From the NCBI GenBank assembly GCA_963815115.1, contig CAWFFN010000009.1:1600001-1664000 (forward strand): a stretch of DNA of 64,000 nucleotides, in the 5' to 3' direction. The DNA is from an uncultured delta proteobacterium (GTDB taxonomy: Bacteria; Desulfobacterota; Binatia; DP-6). Shown in pieces: positions 18,936 to 29,301 of the stretch (its first letter is position 1; each line of letters starts with the position of its first letter). Under the pieces are notes generated by a model, which made no database searches, had not been told where the DNA came from, and saw nothing but the letters and a program-made list of their open reading frames with translations. The translations under genes were made by a program, and so were the position numbers.

Positions 18936-19788
18936 GTCCGCCGACCTCGTCGAGGAACCGGACGACCGCTTCCGTGAACGGGTCGTTGCGATCGCCGGCG
19001 ACCATGTGGCCGGCGCCGGTGACGTCGCTGTAGCGCGCATGCGGGACGAGGTCGAGGAATGCGCGCGCCCCGTCCTCGCTCACCACGTCGCTCAGGCGAC
19101 CGCGTACGAGCAGCGTCGGCACCCGCAGCGCCCGCGCCGCGGCCTCGAGCCGAGCCGTGTTCTCGGTCGCGCGCGGCCGGCCGCCGCTCATCAGGCGCGG
19201 GTCCCAGTGCCAGCGATAGCGGCCATCGGGCCCGAGCCGCAGGTTCTTGCGCAGGCCGTTGAGATCCTTCGGCCGCGGGCGGTGGGGAACGTACCCCGCG
19301 ACCGCGTCCGCCGCATCCTCGAGCGAGGCGAAGCCGTCGGGGTGCGCGCCCATGAAGCCGATGATGCGCTGCACGCCCTCCGGCTCGACACGCGGCGCGA
19401 TGTCGACCAGCACGACGGCCGACGCCGGCGGCTGCGCGCTCTCGCCCTGCGCGATCAGGATGGCGAGCCCGCCGAGCGACGCGCCCACCATCGCCGGCCG
19501 GGAGGGAAAATGGTGCGCGACGCTGATCACGTCGCCGGCCAGGACGTCGATCCCGTAGGCCCCATCGGGATCCCAGTCGCTGTCGCCGTGGCCGCGCAGA
19601 TCGAGCGCCACCGCGTGACGTCCCGCCTCGGCGAGCGCGGCGGCCGTCCCACCCCAGGCGTGACGGGTCTGTCCCCCGCCATGCAGCAGGAGAACGGGCG
19701 GGCTCCCCGGGTCGCCGTAGGCATCGCCGACGATCCGGAGGGGGCCCGCCTCGAAGACCACCCGGCGCGGCTCACCCACCGGCAGCAC
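18928..19788 (-). CDS. Alpha/beta hydrolase
   Basis: LLHGGGQT, DLRGHGDS, nucleophile GASLGG, AGHMVAGD. Confidence 0.9.
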   Translation of the reverse strand: MLPVGEPRRVVFEAGPLRIVGDAYGDPGSPPVLLLHGGGQTRHAWGGTAAALAEAGRHAVALDLRGHGDSDWDPDGAYGIDVLAGDVISVAHHFPSRPAMVGASLGGLAILIAQGESAQPPASAVVLVDIAPRVEPEGVQRIIGFMGAHPDGFASLEDAADAVAGYVPHRPRPKDLNGLRKNLRLGPDGRYRWHWDPRLMSGGRPRATENTARLEAAARALRVPTLLVRGRLSDVVSEDGARAFLDLVPHARYSDVTGAGHMVAGDRNDPFTEAVVRFLDEVGGRG

Positions 19789-20482
19789 TCGCGTCGACGT
19801 CGGACAGCGGACGGGCCAGCACGTCGGGAATCCAGCGATGGAGGCGAGCGCGCAGGTGCTCTGCCGCCTCGGTGAGCAGGTGGCCCGCGCCCGGCAGCAC
19901 CTCCAGCTCGCCGGAGCCTGCGAGCGCCTGCACCGCCTGGCTCGCCATCACGGGCAGCAGCTCGTCTCGATCACCGTGCAGGAGAAGCAGCGGGCGCCGG
20001 AGCGCCGCGGCGCTCTCGCAGCCGGCCGACTGCGTGGACAGGGTCACCACGCCGGCCGTCATCGCGCGCAGGACGATCCCGGCGTTGACCGCGACCGCGC
20101 CGCCGAAGGAATGGCCGACGAGGACGAAGCGACGCCCCCCGTTGCGATGTGCGAGGTCGGTCGCGGCGGCCAGGTCGAGGACGCACGCCGCGAGGTCGTT
20201 GGGGCGGCGATAGCCGACCCGGATGGTGCCGATGCCCTCCGCGGCGAACGCTTCACCGAGCGCGTGGTAGAGGCCGCCGGCCGGGCCCAGCAGCCCTCCC
20301 ATGGCTCCTCCACACATGACGACGACCTGTGCGTTGCCCGGGTCGCCGTGCCACAGGAAGGTGAGCAGGCCTTCCAGCGTGTAGGCCTCGATGTGGCGCA
20401 GGCCAGGCATCACCACGACGTCCTGCTTGGCGAGCACACGCAGGCGATCCAGCGGGCGCTCGGCAGGGGCGTCGGCGGACAT
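19772..20482 (-). CDS. Alpha/beta hydrolase (dienelactone hydrolase-like)
   Basis: GHSFGGA, LLHGDRD, GAGH. Confidence 0.85.
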   Translation of the reverse strand: MSADAPAERPLDRLRVLAKQDVVVMPGLRHIEAYTLEGLLTFLWHGDPGNAQVVVMCGGAMGGLLGPAGGLYHALGEAFAAEGIGTIRVGYRRPNDLAACVLDLAAATDLAHRNGGRRFVLVGHSFGGAVAVNAGIVLRAMTAGVVTLSTQSAGCESAAALRRPLLLLHGDRDELLPVMASQAVQALAGSGELEVLPGAGHLLTEAAEHLRARLHRWIPDVLARPLSDVDASAAGG

Positions 20483-20491
20483 GGGGCGCAC

Positions 20492-21937
20492 TCAGGCGTG
20501 AACGGGCGGACGGCGATCCGCCCACGGCCGGGCTTCCTCGAGCTGCGCGGCGACACGCAGGAGCAGGTCCTCGCCGTCGTAGGGCGCGACCAGCTGGATA
20601 CCGACGGGGAGGCCGGCCGGCGTCCAGTGCAGCGGCAGCGAGATGGCGGGCTGACCGGTGGTGTTGAAGGGAAGGGTGAAGGCGGCGAACGCGGTCGCCT
20701 TGAAGCCGGTGACCAGCGGGTCGAGAGCATCGGGCAGGAAGTGGCCGAGCAGCGGCGGCGGCTCCGGCAGGGTGGGCGTCAGCAGGAGGTCGAATCCGTT
20801 CTCCCACCACGCGGCGACGCGACGGGTGTAGCCATGCAGCCAGTGGATCGTGTCGAGCAGCTGGGGCGCCGGGCAGGCACGCCCGAGCTCGGCGAGCGCC
20901 CAGTTGAGCGGGTCGACGTCGTCGGCCGTGACCGCCCGGCCGGTGTAGGTCGTGAGCTGGTCCAGGAGCCACGCCGTGTTGGTCGCGTACATGGTGGAGA
21001 AGTGGCGCGCGACCTCCGGGTCGTCCAGGGCTTCGGGATGCGACTGATCGAGGTGGTGGCCGAGCGACGACAGCAGCGCGGCGGCGCCCTCGACCGCCGC
21101 GACGGCCTCGGGATGGGACGAGCCCATGCCGCCGGGCCGCTCGGTGTGGAATCCGATGCGGAGACGTCCCGGCGCCGCGCCGACCTCGCGGCTGTAGGGC
21201 CGGGCCGGCGGCGGAGCGGAGTAGGGGTCGCCGGGCATGCGGCCGGCAATGGCATCGAGCAGTCCCGCCGTGTCCCGTACGGTCCGCGTCACGACGCCCT
21301 CGCACACCAGGCCGTTGATGGAATCACCGAGGTCTGGACCGAACGACGTGCGGCCGCGGGACGGCTTGAGGCCCACCAGCCCGCACTCGCTCGCCGGAAT
21401 GCGGATGGATCCTCCACCGTCGTTGGCGTGCGCAGCGGCGACCAGCCCGGCAGCGACCGCGGCGGCGGACCCTCCGCTCGAGCCACCCGTCGAGTGGGCG
21501 AGGTTCCACGGATTCCGTGTCGGGCCGTAGGCGTCGGGCTCGGTGGTGGGCAGGGTGCCGAGCTCGGGCGTATTGGTGCGGCCGAGGATCACGAGTCCGG
21601 CAGCCCGCAGCTTCGTCGTCAGGTAGGAGTCGGACGGCGCGCACATGCGGGCGTCGCGCAGCACGCGCGTGCCGAAGTGGATGGGGTCGCCGGCGGTCGT
21701 ACACAGGAGATCCTTCACCAGGAACGGCACACCCGCGAAGGGCGCGCTGCCGCCCACCACCTCCTGTGCCTCCGCGCGCGCCGCGTCGAAGCGCGCGTGG
21801 ATCACGGCGTTCAGCTGAGGGTTGAGGCGCACGATGCGAGCGATGGCACGCTCGACCAGTTCGAGGGCGCTCACCTCGCCACGGCGCACGAGGTCCGCCT
21901 GGCCGGTCGCGTCGAGGCGCTCGAGGTCGTCCTGCAT
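20492..21937 (-). CDS. Amidase (amidase-signature family)
   Basis: [39 protein letters not shown]. Confidence 0.95.
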   Translation of the reverse strand: MQDDLERLDATGQADLVRRGEVSALELVERAIARIVRLNPQLNAVIHARFDAARAEAQEVVGGSAPFAGVPFLVKDLLCTTAGDPIHFGTRVLRDARMCAPSDSYLTTKLRAAGLVILGRTNTPELGTLPTTEPDAYGPTRNPWNLAHSTGGSSGGSAAAVAAGLVAAAHANDGGGSIRIPASECGLVGLKPSRGRTSFGPDLGDSINGLVCEGVVTRTVRDTAGLLDAIAGRMPGDPYSAPPPARPYSREVGAAPGRLRIGFHTERPGGMGSSHPEAVAAVEGAAALLSSLGHHLDQSHPEALDDPEVARHFSTMYATNTAWLLDQLTTYTGRAVTADDVDPLNWALAELGRACPAPQLLDTIHWLHGYTRRVAAWWENGFDLLLTPTLPEPPPLLGHFLPDALDPLVTGFKATAFAAFTLPFNTTGQPAISLPLHWTPAGLPVGIQLVAPYDGEDLLLRVAAQLEEARPWADRRPPVHA

Positions 21938-22037
21938 CGCGCCGACGCTACGATGGCGGTCGGACGAAGTCCAGCCCGAGCGGGCGCGTCAGGCGACGCC
22001 GTTGGTGTCGCGGTGACGGCTGCTCTATGAGAATCGC

Positions 22038-23120
22038 ATGGCGATCAGGATAGAGAGCCCCCAGAGTGAGGCCGCGCTCACCGACTTCATCCTCTTCCAC
22101 GATCGCGTCTACGAGAGCCGATCGGCGCGCTGGCCGTCCCTCGTCCCGCTCCTCCTGCCCGCGCTCGAGGGCAACGGCCCGTTCGCCCAGGATCGTCTCA
22201 TGCGTCCGTTCCTCGCGGTGCAGGGCGACCGTCCGCTTGCCCGCGCCGTCGCGATGATCGATCGGCGCTACCAGCGCCACTGGCGCGAGCCGCTCGGCCA
22301 TGTCGTGATGTTCGAGGCGTTGCCGGAAACGCGCGAGGCGAGCCGGCGAGTGATCGATGCGGCGTGCGAGTGGCTCGTCGAGCACGGTGCGGTCGCGGCC
22401 CGGGCGGGCTCGACGAGCGCCCCGATGGACATGCCGTTCCGTCTCGACGACGACGGCCTCCTGCCACCGATGGGCATGCGTCAGAACGCCGGCTACATGA
22501 ACACGCTGCTGAAGGACGCCGGCTTCGAGACCGAGCGCGGCTGGGTCGACTACCGCATCGACGTCAGCCCCGAGCTGATCGTGCGCTGGGAGAGCGCGCG
22601 GGAAGCGGTGCGCCTGGCGGACATCGACATCGTTCCGCTGAGCGACGTCCCGGAGAGCCGACGCGTTCCCGAGTTCACCGCGCTCTGGGACGAGTGTTTC
22701 GCCGAGCACTGGGGCGTCGCGCCCAGCACGGAGGAGGAGTTCGGGCTGTTCCTGGAGATCCAGAGCGCGACGGGTGTGCTGGAGACCTCGATGATGGCCT
22801 ACCGCGGCGGCCGGCCGATCGGGGTGCTCTGGGTCGCGCCCGAGATCTCGGCGCTCGCCGCGCTCGCGCCGGACCGCGTCCTCGGTGACGAGGAGAAGGT
22901 CAACTTCCTCGGGATCGGCGTCCGCCGGGAAGCGCGCGGGCAGGGCGTCAATCTCGCCATGGCCGCGACCGCCTACCTGACGCTCGCCGGCCACGGGGCC
23001 CGCTGTCTCAGCTATACGCTGGTCCTCGACGACAACTGGCCCTCGCGCCGCACGGCCGTGAAGCTCGGGGCGTACGTGTGCGCGTCCTACGTCACCTACC
23101 GCCGCAATCTCCGGTGCTGA
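22038..23120 (+). CDS. GNAT-like (YghO-type) double acyltransferase-fold protein
   Basis: IGVRREARGQGV acyl-CoA-binding motif; N-terminal FEAL...DAACEWL. Confidence 0.65.
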   Translation: MAIRIESPQSEAALTDFILFHDRVYESRSARWPSLVPLLLPALEGNGPFAQDRLMRPFLAVQGDRPLARAVAMIDRRYQRHWREPLGHVVMFEALPETREASRRVIDAACEWLVEHGAVAARAGSTSAPMDMPFRLDDDGLLPPMGMRQNAGYMNTLLKDAGFETERGWVDYRIDVSPELIVRWESAREAVRLADIDIVPLSDVPESRRVPEFTALWDECFAEHWGVAPSTEEEFGLFLEIQSATGVLETSMMAYRGGRPIGVLWVAPEISALAALAPDRVLGDEEKVNFLGIGVRREARGQGVNLAMAATAYLTLAGHGARCLSYTLVLDDNWPSRRTAVKLGAYVCASYVTYRRNLRC

Positions 23121-23172
23121 GCGCCTTCCGCTGGATCGTGAAAGGGACTAGGAGAGTCGGGGAGGACCCGTC

Positions 23173-23547
23173 GTGATCGCCCGCGGCATGAGCCACGTCT
23201 CGTTTCCCGTCCGTGACCTGGCGGCGTCGCTCGCCTTCTATCGCGACGTCCTCGGGTTCAGCGAACGGCCACGGCCCGATCTCGGCATCCCGGGCGCCTG
23301 GCTCCGCGTCGGCGAGGCCGAGGTGCACCTGATCGCCGGCGTCGGTGGGCTGCCGCTCGGGCAGCCGCCCCCGGTGCTGAACCCCGCCGCCCAGCACGTG
23401 GCGTTCCGCATCGACGACTACCAGGGCGCGGTCGACCGCCTGAAGGCACACGGTCTGACGGTGCTCGAGGCCGGCCCGGACGCCGGCCAGATGTGGGTGC
23501 AGGACCCCGACGGTCACATCATCGAGCTCATCGCCGTGGCGCGATGA
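23173..23547 (+). CDS. VOC/glyoxalase family protein
   Basis: GGAGG RBS; HVSFPVRDL, FYRDVLG, HVAF, QDPDGHIIEL. Confidence 0.9.
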   Translation: MIARGMSHVSFPVRDLAASLAFYRDVLGFSERPRPDLGIPGAWLRVGEAEVHLIAGVGGLPLGQPPPVLNPAAQHVAFRIDDYQGAVDRLKAHGLTVLEAGPDAGQMWVQDPDGHIIELIAVAR

Positions 23548-24449
23548 GCGAGCCCGACCGGGCGCTCGGTCCGCACGTCACGCTGCTCGGCAGCAAGCTC
23601 GGCGGAAAGTATCCGGAGGGCCGCCCGCTCCTCGTGACCGGGCGGGAGGAGACGATGGTCATCGATCCGTCGCTCGCCCTGGTGGGACGTGCCGGCGGGG
23701 CGCCGCCCGCCGACCGCGTTCTCAACAGCCACTGTCACGAAGATCACGTGGCGGGGAACCACCTCTATCCGGACGCGCCGTGGCACCTGCCCGAGGCCGA
23801 CCTCGACGGCATCCGCTCCCTCGACGGGCTGATGGCCATCTACGGCTTCGACGGCCACACGGCGGCGGCCTTCGCGCGTGTCGTCGTCGAGCGCTTCCAC
23901 TTCACGCCGAGCGCCGACGCGCGCGGCTTCGCGGACGGCGAGGTCTTCGACCTCGGCGGCGTGCAGGTCCGGACCATCCATGCGCCGGGGCACACGCGCG
24001 GACACTCGATCGTCCACGTCCAGCCCGACGACGTGCTCTACCTGGGCGACATCGACCTCTCGAGCTTCGGGCCCTACTACGGTGACGCCTGGTCCTCACT
24101 CGAGGACTTCGAGCGCACGCTGGCGATGGTACGCGGGCTCCCCGCTCGCTGCTACGCGACCTTCCATCACGTCGGCGTCCTCGAGGACCGCGAGGCGTTC
24201 GTGGCGCGTCTCGACCGCTTCGCGGCCGTCATCCATCGTCGCGAGGAGGCGTTGCTGGCGTTCCTCGCCGAGCCCCGGAGCCTCGCCGAGATCGTGTCCC
24301 ACCGCTTCGTCTACCGCCCGCAGGACGCCGTCGCGTACGCCGACCCGGTCGAGCGCCGCAGCATGAGCCAGCATCTCGCGCGGCTCACCGCCGCAGGCCG
24401 CGTCGTGCAACCCGAGCCCGGACGATTCCGCGCGCGCCCGGCGGCCTGA
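23544..24449 (+). CDS. Metallo-beta-lactamase-fold hydrolase
   Basis: SHCHEDH, PGHTRGH, GDID; ATGA overlap with the VOC gene. Confidence 0.9.
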   Translation: MSEPDRALGPHVTLLGSKLGGKYPEGRPLLVTGREETMVIDPSLALVGRAGGAPPADRVLNSHCHEDHVAGNHLYPDAPWHLPEADLDGIRSLDGLMAIYGFDGHTAAAFARVVVERFHFTPSADARGFADGEVFDLGGVQVRTIHAPGHTRGHSIVHVQPDDVLYLGDIDLSSFGPYYGDAWSSLEDFERTLAMVRGLPARCYATFHHVGVLEDREAFVARLDRFAAVIHRREEALLAFLAEPRSLAEIVSHRFVYRPQDAVAYADPVERRSMSQHLARLTAAGRVVQPEPGRFRARPAA

Positions 24450-24553
24450 AGGCCCCGGCGGCGACGGCGCGCGCGCGAGCAAGGCGAGGCACGCAGCGCT
24501 GCCGCCGCCGGGGACTGCTCACGGCGTCACGCGGCCGCGGGACGGCGGTGTCG

Positions 24554-25795
24554 TCACCATCGGTCCGTGACGTCGGGCAGGCTGGTCGACGTCGTGCTCG
24601 ACGAGGAGGACGAGGAGGTCGAGGGTGCGGAGGACGACGAGCTGCTCGACGACGAGGACGAGCTGCTCGAGGAGGACGAGGACGACGAGGACGACGAGGA
24701 GCTCGATGAGGACGACGAGCTGCTCGACGAGGAGGACGAGGAGGAGCTGCTCGACGGCGCGGTCGTCGTGGAGACCGTGCTGGAGGTGCTGGGCTCGCTG
24801 GTGGACGTCGTCGTCGTGCTGGTGGTCGTCGTGGTCGGGCAGCACACCCCGGTGTTGTTCCGGTCCGAGCTGACGACGTCGCCCAGGTAGTGACCGCTGA
24901 GCGTGTTCGCATGGCCGAGCTTGAGGCTCCCGGCGAGCGAGCAGGCGTCGACCGTGAAGCGGCCGGAGCGGCCGAAGCGGATGTCACCCCGCTCGGTGAC
25001 GATGCGCAGGCCGCCACAGCCCGTGCCCACATCGGCCTCGTTGTTGAAGTACGCGTTGCCCCTGCCGGGGATCAGGACGGTCGCGGCCCCGTTGCTCGCG
25101 AACCGGACGTTCTTTCCCGCCCGGATGCCGCAGGCGATGCTCGTCCCACCGTCGATGATCACGGTGGCGCGGTCGTGGACGACGATCATCCCGTAGGTGC
25201 CCGCGGGCAGGTCGCACTGGCCGTTGCCGGTGACGGCGTCGTCCGCGCCGCAGTCCTGCCCTTCCTGCACCACCACGGGGTGGGCCGGGTTGCACGCGGG
25301 GAGCGGCAGCGTGACGCCGCAGGCGGAGGCGAGGTCGTCGAGATCGGGCACGCAGTCCGTGGAGCAGCTCGGCGCGCCGTCTCCGTCGAGGTCACCCACG
25401 ATCGGCGGTGCGAAGGGGGTGCTGCAATCGGCTGCGGGGCCGTCGTTCGCGATCATCGAGCACCCCGGATCGCAGCTCGCGGAGCCGTTGCGGAAGACCT
25501 CGAAGAACGAGTCGTTGGCGCAGAGCTGATCGCTGGCGAGCTGGCCCGGAGGGGCGATGCTGGCGTTCTTGAGCCGCAGCGTCCCGCAGCGGCTCGGGCC
25601 GCCGGGGCTCGGGCAGTTCACCCCGATGCTGCAGCCCGGTGCGGCGATCGCGAAATTTTTGAGATTGACACTCCGGACCCCCAGCACGAGGTAATGTGAT
25701 GGGTCACGATCGAGCTGTTGGAACGCCGCCGCGGCGCCGGCGAAGCAGGCGGCAGAGGCCAGGAGGAGGAGAAGGCGAAGGCCAGACGGGGACAT
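24554..25795 (-). CDS. Secreted Cys-rich protein with a long Ser/Thr low-complexity C-terminus
   Basis: AAGGAG RBS, signal peptide, many Cys, beta-helix-like LPAGTYG segment, poly-Thr/Ser tail. Confidence 0.75.
   Translation of the reverse strand: MSPSGLRLLLLLASAACFAGAAAAFQQLDRDPSHYLVLGVRSVNLKNFAIAAPGCSIGVNCPSPGGPSRCGTLRLKNASIAPPGQLASDQLCANDSFFEVFRNGSASCDPGCSMIANDGPAADCSTPFAPPIVGDLDGDGAPSCSTDCVPDLDDLASACGVTLPLPACNPAHPVVVQEGQDCGADDAVTGNGQCDLPAGTYGMIVVHDRATVIIDGGTSIACGIRAGKNVRFASNGAATVLIPGRGNAYFNNEADVGTGCGGLRIVTERGDIRFGRSGRFTVDACSLAGSLKLGHANTLSGHYLGDVVSSDRNNTGVCCPTTTTTSTTTTSTSEPSTSSTVSTTTAPSSSSSSSSSSSSSSSSSSSSSSSSSSSSSSSSSSSSSSSSSSAPSTSSSSSSSTTSTSLPDVTDRW
24590..24835 (-). repeat. Low-complexity codon repeat (TCG/TCC/AGC/ACC) encoding poly-Ser/Thr
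   Basis: Plus strand shows recurring GAC GAG GAG and GAGCTGCTCGAC units. Confidence 0.8.
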
Positions 25796-25947
25796 TGCTA
25801 GGGACTCCTTTTTGAATGAAAAGCATGCTTGTCAATCCGTGGGCGTATTACCGCACCGGTCGCGCGTTTGGAAACGAAAAAGCTAAGGCTGGAAGCGAGC
25901 TGCGGGTTGCCTTATGAAGCGCGCGTTGGCGGCATGATGAGGGCAGA

Positions 25948-26838
25948 GTGAGGAGCCGGAGCGCCGTGGTGTGCCTCGGGTTGCTGGCGCTCGTCGTCGC
26001 GAGCCCACCGGTGCATGCCGAGGCGAGAGGCAGCGGATCTCCTGCGGCCGTCGACCCGCTCGATGCCGATACCGAAGCGTCGGTTCCGCGCGTCTGGGAT
26101 CCGCTCGAGCCGGTGAACCGCAAGACGCTCCGGATGAACGGCGTCCTCGACCGCTGGGTCTTCGATCCGGTGACCAACGCCTATGCGTTCGTCGTCCCCG
26201 GACCGGCACGGATGGCGGTCCGTCGCTTCCTGGTGAACCTCAACTCGCCCGCCGTCTTCGCCAACGACCTCCTGCAGCTCGCTCCGCTCGACGCGGCCGT
26301 GACCGTGACCCGCTTCGGGGTCAACTCCACGATCGGTATCGGGGGACTCTTCGATCCTGCCACCCGGCTCGGTCTCAAGGGCCATGCCGCGGACTTCGGC
26401 GAGACCCTTGCGCTCTGCGGAGTTCCGAGCGGCCCCTACCTGATCCTGCCCGCCCTGGGGCCGACGACGGCGCGCGACGGCACGGGCTATCTGGTCGACC
26501 TGTTCTTTCAGCCCTTGACGTATCTGCTGAGCCCGGCGCCGACGCTGCTCATCTACACGTCGATCCAGCAGGGCAGCGTGGGACTCGCTGCCAAGGATGA
26601 GCACGGGGAGGCGCTGCGCGCCCTCGAGGCGTCGTCCATCGACTTCTACGCCACGCTGCGCAGCGCCTACTATCAGGATCGCGTGGCGGCCATCCAGGCG
26701 CGCGGCGATCGCGGACCGCTCGCGCTCGCGCGGCGGACCCTACGGGCGCTCTCGCTTGCCCCGCCCTGCAGCGAGATCGGTGATCTTCCCGCGCACGAGG
26801 GTCGCCAGTGCGTCAAAGCCGTCGCGCTGGAGAACTGA
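25948..26838 (+). CDS. mlaA: MlaA/VacJ family lipoprotein-like protein
   Basis: DPLEPVNR, RFGVNSTIGIGGLFDPA, DFGETL, GPYLILPALGPTTARD, DFYATLRSAYYQ. Confidence 0.88.
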   Translation: MRSRSAVVCLGLLALVVASPPVHAEARGSGSPAAVDPLDADTEASVPRVWDPLEPVNRKTLRMNGVLDRWVFDPVTNAYAFVVPGPARMAVRRFLVNLNSPAVFANDLLQLAPLDAAVTVTRFGVNSTIGIGGLFDPATRLGLKGHAADFGETLALCGVPSGPYLILPALGPTTARDGTGYLVDLFFQPLTYLLSPAPTLLIYTSIQQGSVGLAAKDEHGEALRALEASSIDFYATLRSAYYQDRVAAIQARGDRGPLALARRTLRALSLAPPCSEIGDLPAHEGRQCVKAVALEN

Positions 26839-27363
26839 CGAGTAGTCGGAGCGCCGCAGCGCCAGCTCGCTCACCGTGCCGTTCAGGTAGACGTCGATGA
26901 TGCGCCAGGCGCCGCCCGTCTTCTGCAGGCGGTAGGAGAGCTCGACGTCGTTCGTTCCCGGCGAGACGACCTTCGTCTTCACCAGCTTGCTGTCGTTGAC
27001 GCTCGCGTCCTCGCCCAGGACGTCGAAGCGCTGTCCCGTGAACCGGTCGAAGTTGGCCGCGTAGTTCGCGATCGTGAACTCCGAGAACAAGTCGCGCCAG
27101 CGCGCCTGGTCGGCGGGGCTGAGCGACTTCCACCCGTTGCCGAGCGATTTCTCGGCCATGAAGTCGAAGTCGAAGACCTGGCGCATCACGGGCGCCAGCC
27201 GGTCGAATCGTGCCTGGTAGCCGGCCGCCTCGCCCTGCTTCATCGCGTCGAGCAGGGCGGCGTTCAGCCGGTTCACCACGGCCGTGGCCCCGGTGTCGTC
27301 GGCGCGGGCGACGGCCACCAGGGCGAGCGTGCCGGCGAGCACGAGTCCCCAGCTCCAGCGCAT
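26740..27363 (-). CDS. hpnM: MlaC/HpnM family periplasmic lipid shuttle
   Basis: GGAGGT RBS; signal peptide; FDRLAPVMRQVFDF, WRIIDVYLNGTVSELALRRSDY (HpnM-type). Confidence 0.75.
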   Translation of the reverse strand: MRWSWGLVLAGTLALVAVARADDTGATAVVNRLNAALLDAMKQGEAAGYQARFDRLAPVMRQVFDFDFMAEKSLGNGWKSLSPADQARWRDLFSEFTIANYAANFDRFTGQRFDVLGEDASVNDSKLVKTKVVSPGTNDVELSYRLQKTGGAWRIIDVYLNGTVSELALRRSDYSSVLQRDGFDALATLVRGKITDLAAGRGKRERP

Positions 27364-27507
27364 CACCGACACCTCCGCAGTATCCAGAATTCGAGCCCCC
27401 TGCCGATGGTCGCGGACGCTTAGCACACCTTGCGGGGGCGGCGGAACGCCTCCCCGAGTATGGCGTGCCGGCAGCGACCGTCGAGCCTTGTTTCCGGGGG
27501 TGCTCGG

Positions 27508-28446
27508 TCAGGCCGCGCGCGAGGCCGCGAGCGCCAGGACGTCGCGGTAGCCCGGCGCCACGCAGGCGTCGTCGCCGAGGACGTGGCGGTCGCGCAGGAG
27601 GCGATGCATGCGCGCGAGGTTGTAGTGCGGGACCGTCATCAGGAGATGGTGCTCGAGGTGGTAGTTGACGTAGTTCGGAGCGATCAGCAGGCGCTCCCAC
27701 CAGCGTGCCAGCGTGGTGCGCGTGTTTCCGAGATCGGTCGCCGGGTCGAGGATCATGGCGTGCTCGGCGATCGAGCGGATGCGCATCACCAGGCTGTAGG
27801 TGGTGAGCCAGGCGGCCACCCAGAGCAGGTAGAGCACCGGGTGACCGCAGAGGATGAGCAGGCCGAGCAGGACGGCGTTCGTGATCACGACCCCGTGAAG
27901 CGCCTCGAGGCCGGCGTCGAAATTGCGTCGGACCCGGCCGCGCGAGCGACCCAGATCGCGGCGCACCGTCGCGCGGAATCGCTTCCATCCGGTCTGGCCC
28001 GAGAGATCGCGCCAGATCTTCCGGCGAAGGCTCAGCCGGGTGATGGGGAAGGGGTCGGCGAGCCCGAGATCGGGATCTTCCGCTGTCCAGGTCTTGGCGT
28101 GGTGCTGGAGGTGGTAGGGCCGGTAGGGCCGGAGGTCGCTCCAGATCGGAAACGCGCACAGCCAGTTGCCGACCCAGTCGTTCACCCGGCGGTTCTTGAA
28201 GAGCGTGCGATGTGCGGCCTCGTGCATGAGGACGGCGAGCCCGAGCTGCCGCGCGCCGATCACGAAGAGCGCGACGAGCACCGTGAGCGGATTCGGCCAG
28301 CGCGCTACGAGCGCGAACGACAGGCCGACCAGTGTCCAGTTGAACGCGAGCGAGCGCCAGCTCTTCCAGTCCTGCATCTCGAGCAGCGCGCGCATCTCGT
28401 CGCGCGACAGGGCCTCGTGCCAGCGCGGCGCGGAGCCTTCCATCAT
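27508..28446 (-). CDS. Membrane fatty acid desaturase family protein
   Basis: His boxes HEAAH, HLQHH, HLEHH; AGGAGG RBS; overlaps the stop of the PaaX-type gene. Confidence 0.9.
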   Translation of the reverse strand: MMEGSAPRWHEALSRDEMRALLEMQDWKSWRSLAFNWTLVGLSFALVARWPNPLTVLVALFVIGARQLGLAVLMHEAAHRTLFKNRRVNDWVGNWLCAFPIWSDLRPYRPYHLQHHAKTWTAEDPDLGLADPFPITRLSLRRKIWRDLSGQTGWKRFRATVRRDLGRSRGRVRRNFDAGLEALHGVVITNAVLLGLLILCGHPVLYLLWVAAWLTTYSLVMRIRSIAEHAMILDPATDLGNTRTTLARWWERLLIAPNYVNYHLEHHLLMTVPHYNLARMHRLLRDRHVLGDDACVAPGYRDVLALAASRAA

Positions 28447-29294
28447 GCCTTTCCTCCTGCTGCGACACTCTGCCGGAGCTCTGCCGGTGTGCCCTGGCGT
28501 GGAACGACCCCGAAACGAGCGAGGAAGCGTGACCAGCACGCCCGCCCCGCCCGGTCGTAGCGGCGCATGGTCTCGAGCAGCAGCTCGCGCTCCCGCCCGG
28601 GAAGCAGCGCGTCCGGCAGCAGCGGGTCGAGGGCGAGCTGGCGGATGGCGTGTCCCCCGAGCTGGAACGACTCGACCATCGCCCGCGATTCCGGCAGCGC
28701 AGCCAACCGCCGCTCGCTGCGCTCCAGCGCGAGCCGCGCGCTGCGGTAGCCCGCGACCAGCCGGGCCGCCGGCCAGAGGTGCCGTGCTTCCGCGTCGGTG
28801 GCGGCGTCGAGGGAGCCGACGAGGAACACCGGCGCCTCGGGCTCTAGCCCGAGGGCGCGAAGGTGCGAGCGCACCTCGTCCACGCCGCGGGCCAGGTTGT
28901 CGGGTCGCACGGCCAGGCCCGGGCGCAGCTCCCGGAAGCCGAGCCAGTCGAGCGCGCGGGTGCGCCGGCGCAGCCGCGTGCGGTCGCCGCGTCCGAGGCC
29001 GGCGGTGTGCACGCCGAGCCAGCCTCCGCGCCAGGGCTGCATCCGCGCGGCCAGGTCCCGCCACGACGCGATCTGACGGGACACCGCCTCGGCGCGCGGG
29101 CCGAGACGATAGGCCCCGCGCTCGTCACGTGCGATCAGGCCGTCCGAGAGCAGGCGCGCCAGGGTCACGCGGACGCTGTTCTCGCTGATGCCGAAGAGGT
29201 CGCCGGCAGCGACCAGGGCGCGCACCGGCATGGCGCCGCGGGGAAGCGTCGACAGGAGATCGAGCACGAGGTGCCTGACCGTGGGGACTGCCAC
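28443..29294 (-). CDS. PaaX-family transcriptional regulator
   Basis: Winged helix LFGISENSVRVTLARL...RGAYRL; WRGGW; LALDPLLP. Confidence 0.85.
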   Translation of the reverse strand: MAVPTVRHLVLDLLSTLPRGAMPVRALVAAGDLFGISENSVRVTLARLLSDGLIARDERGAYRLGPRAEAVSRQIASWRDLAARMQPWRGGWLGVHTAGLGRGDRTRLRRRTRALDWLGFRELRPGLAVRPDNLARGVDEVRSHLRALGLEPEAPVFLVGSLDAATDAEARHLWPAARLVAGYRSARLALERSERRLAALPESRAMVESFQLGGHAIRQLALDPLLPDALLPGRERELLLETMRRYDRAGRACWSRFLARFGVVPRQGTPAELRQSVAAGGKA

Positions 29295-29301
29295 GGTCAG
29301 G

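Noticed and set aside
24567-24890. Extremely acidic Asp/Glu-rich ORF on the plus strand
   Set aside because: It is simply the reverse complement of the poly-Ser codons of the minus-strand secreted protein.
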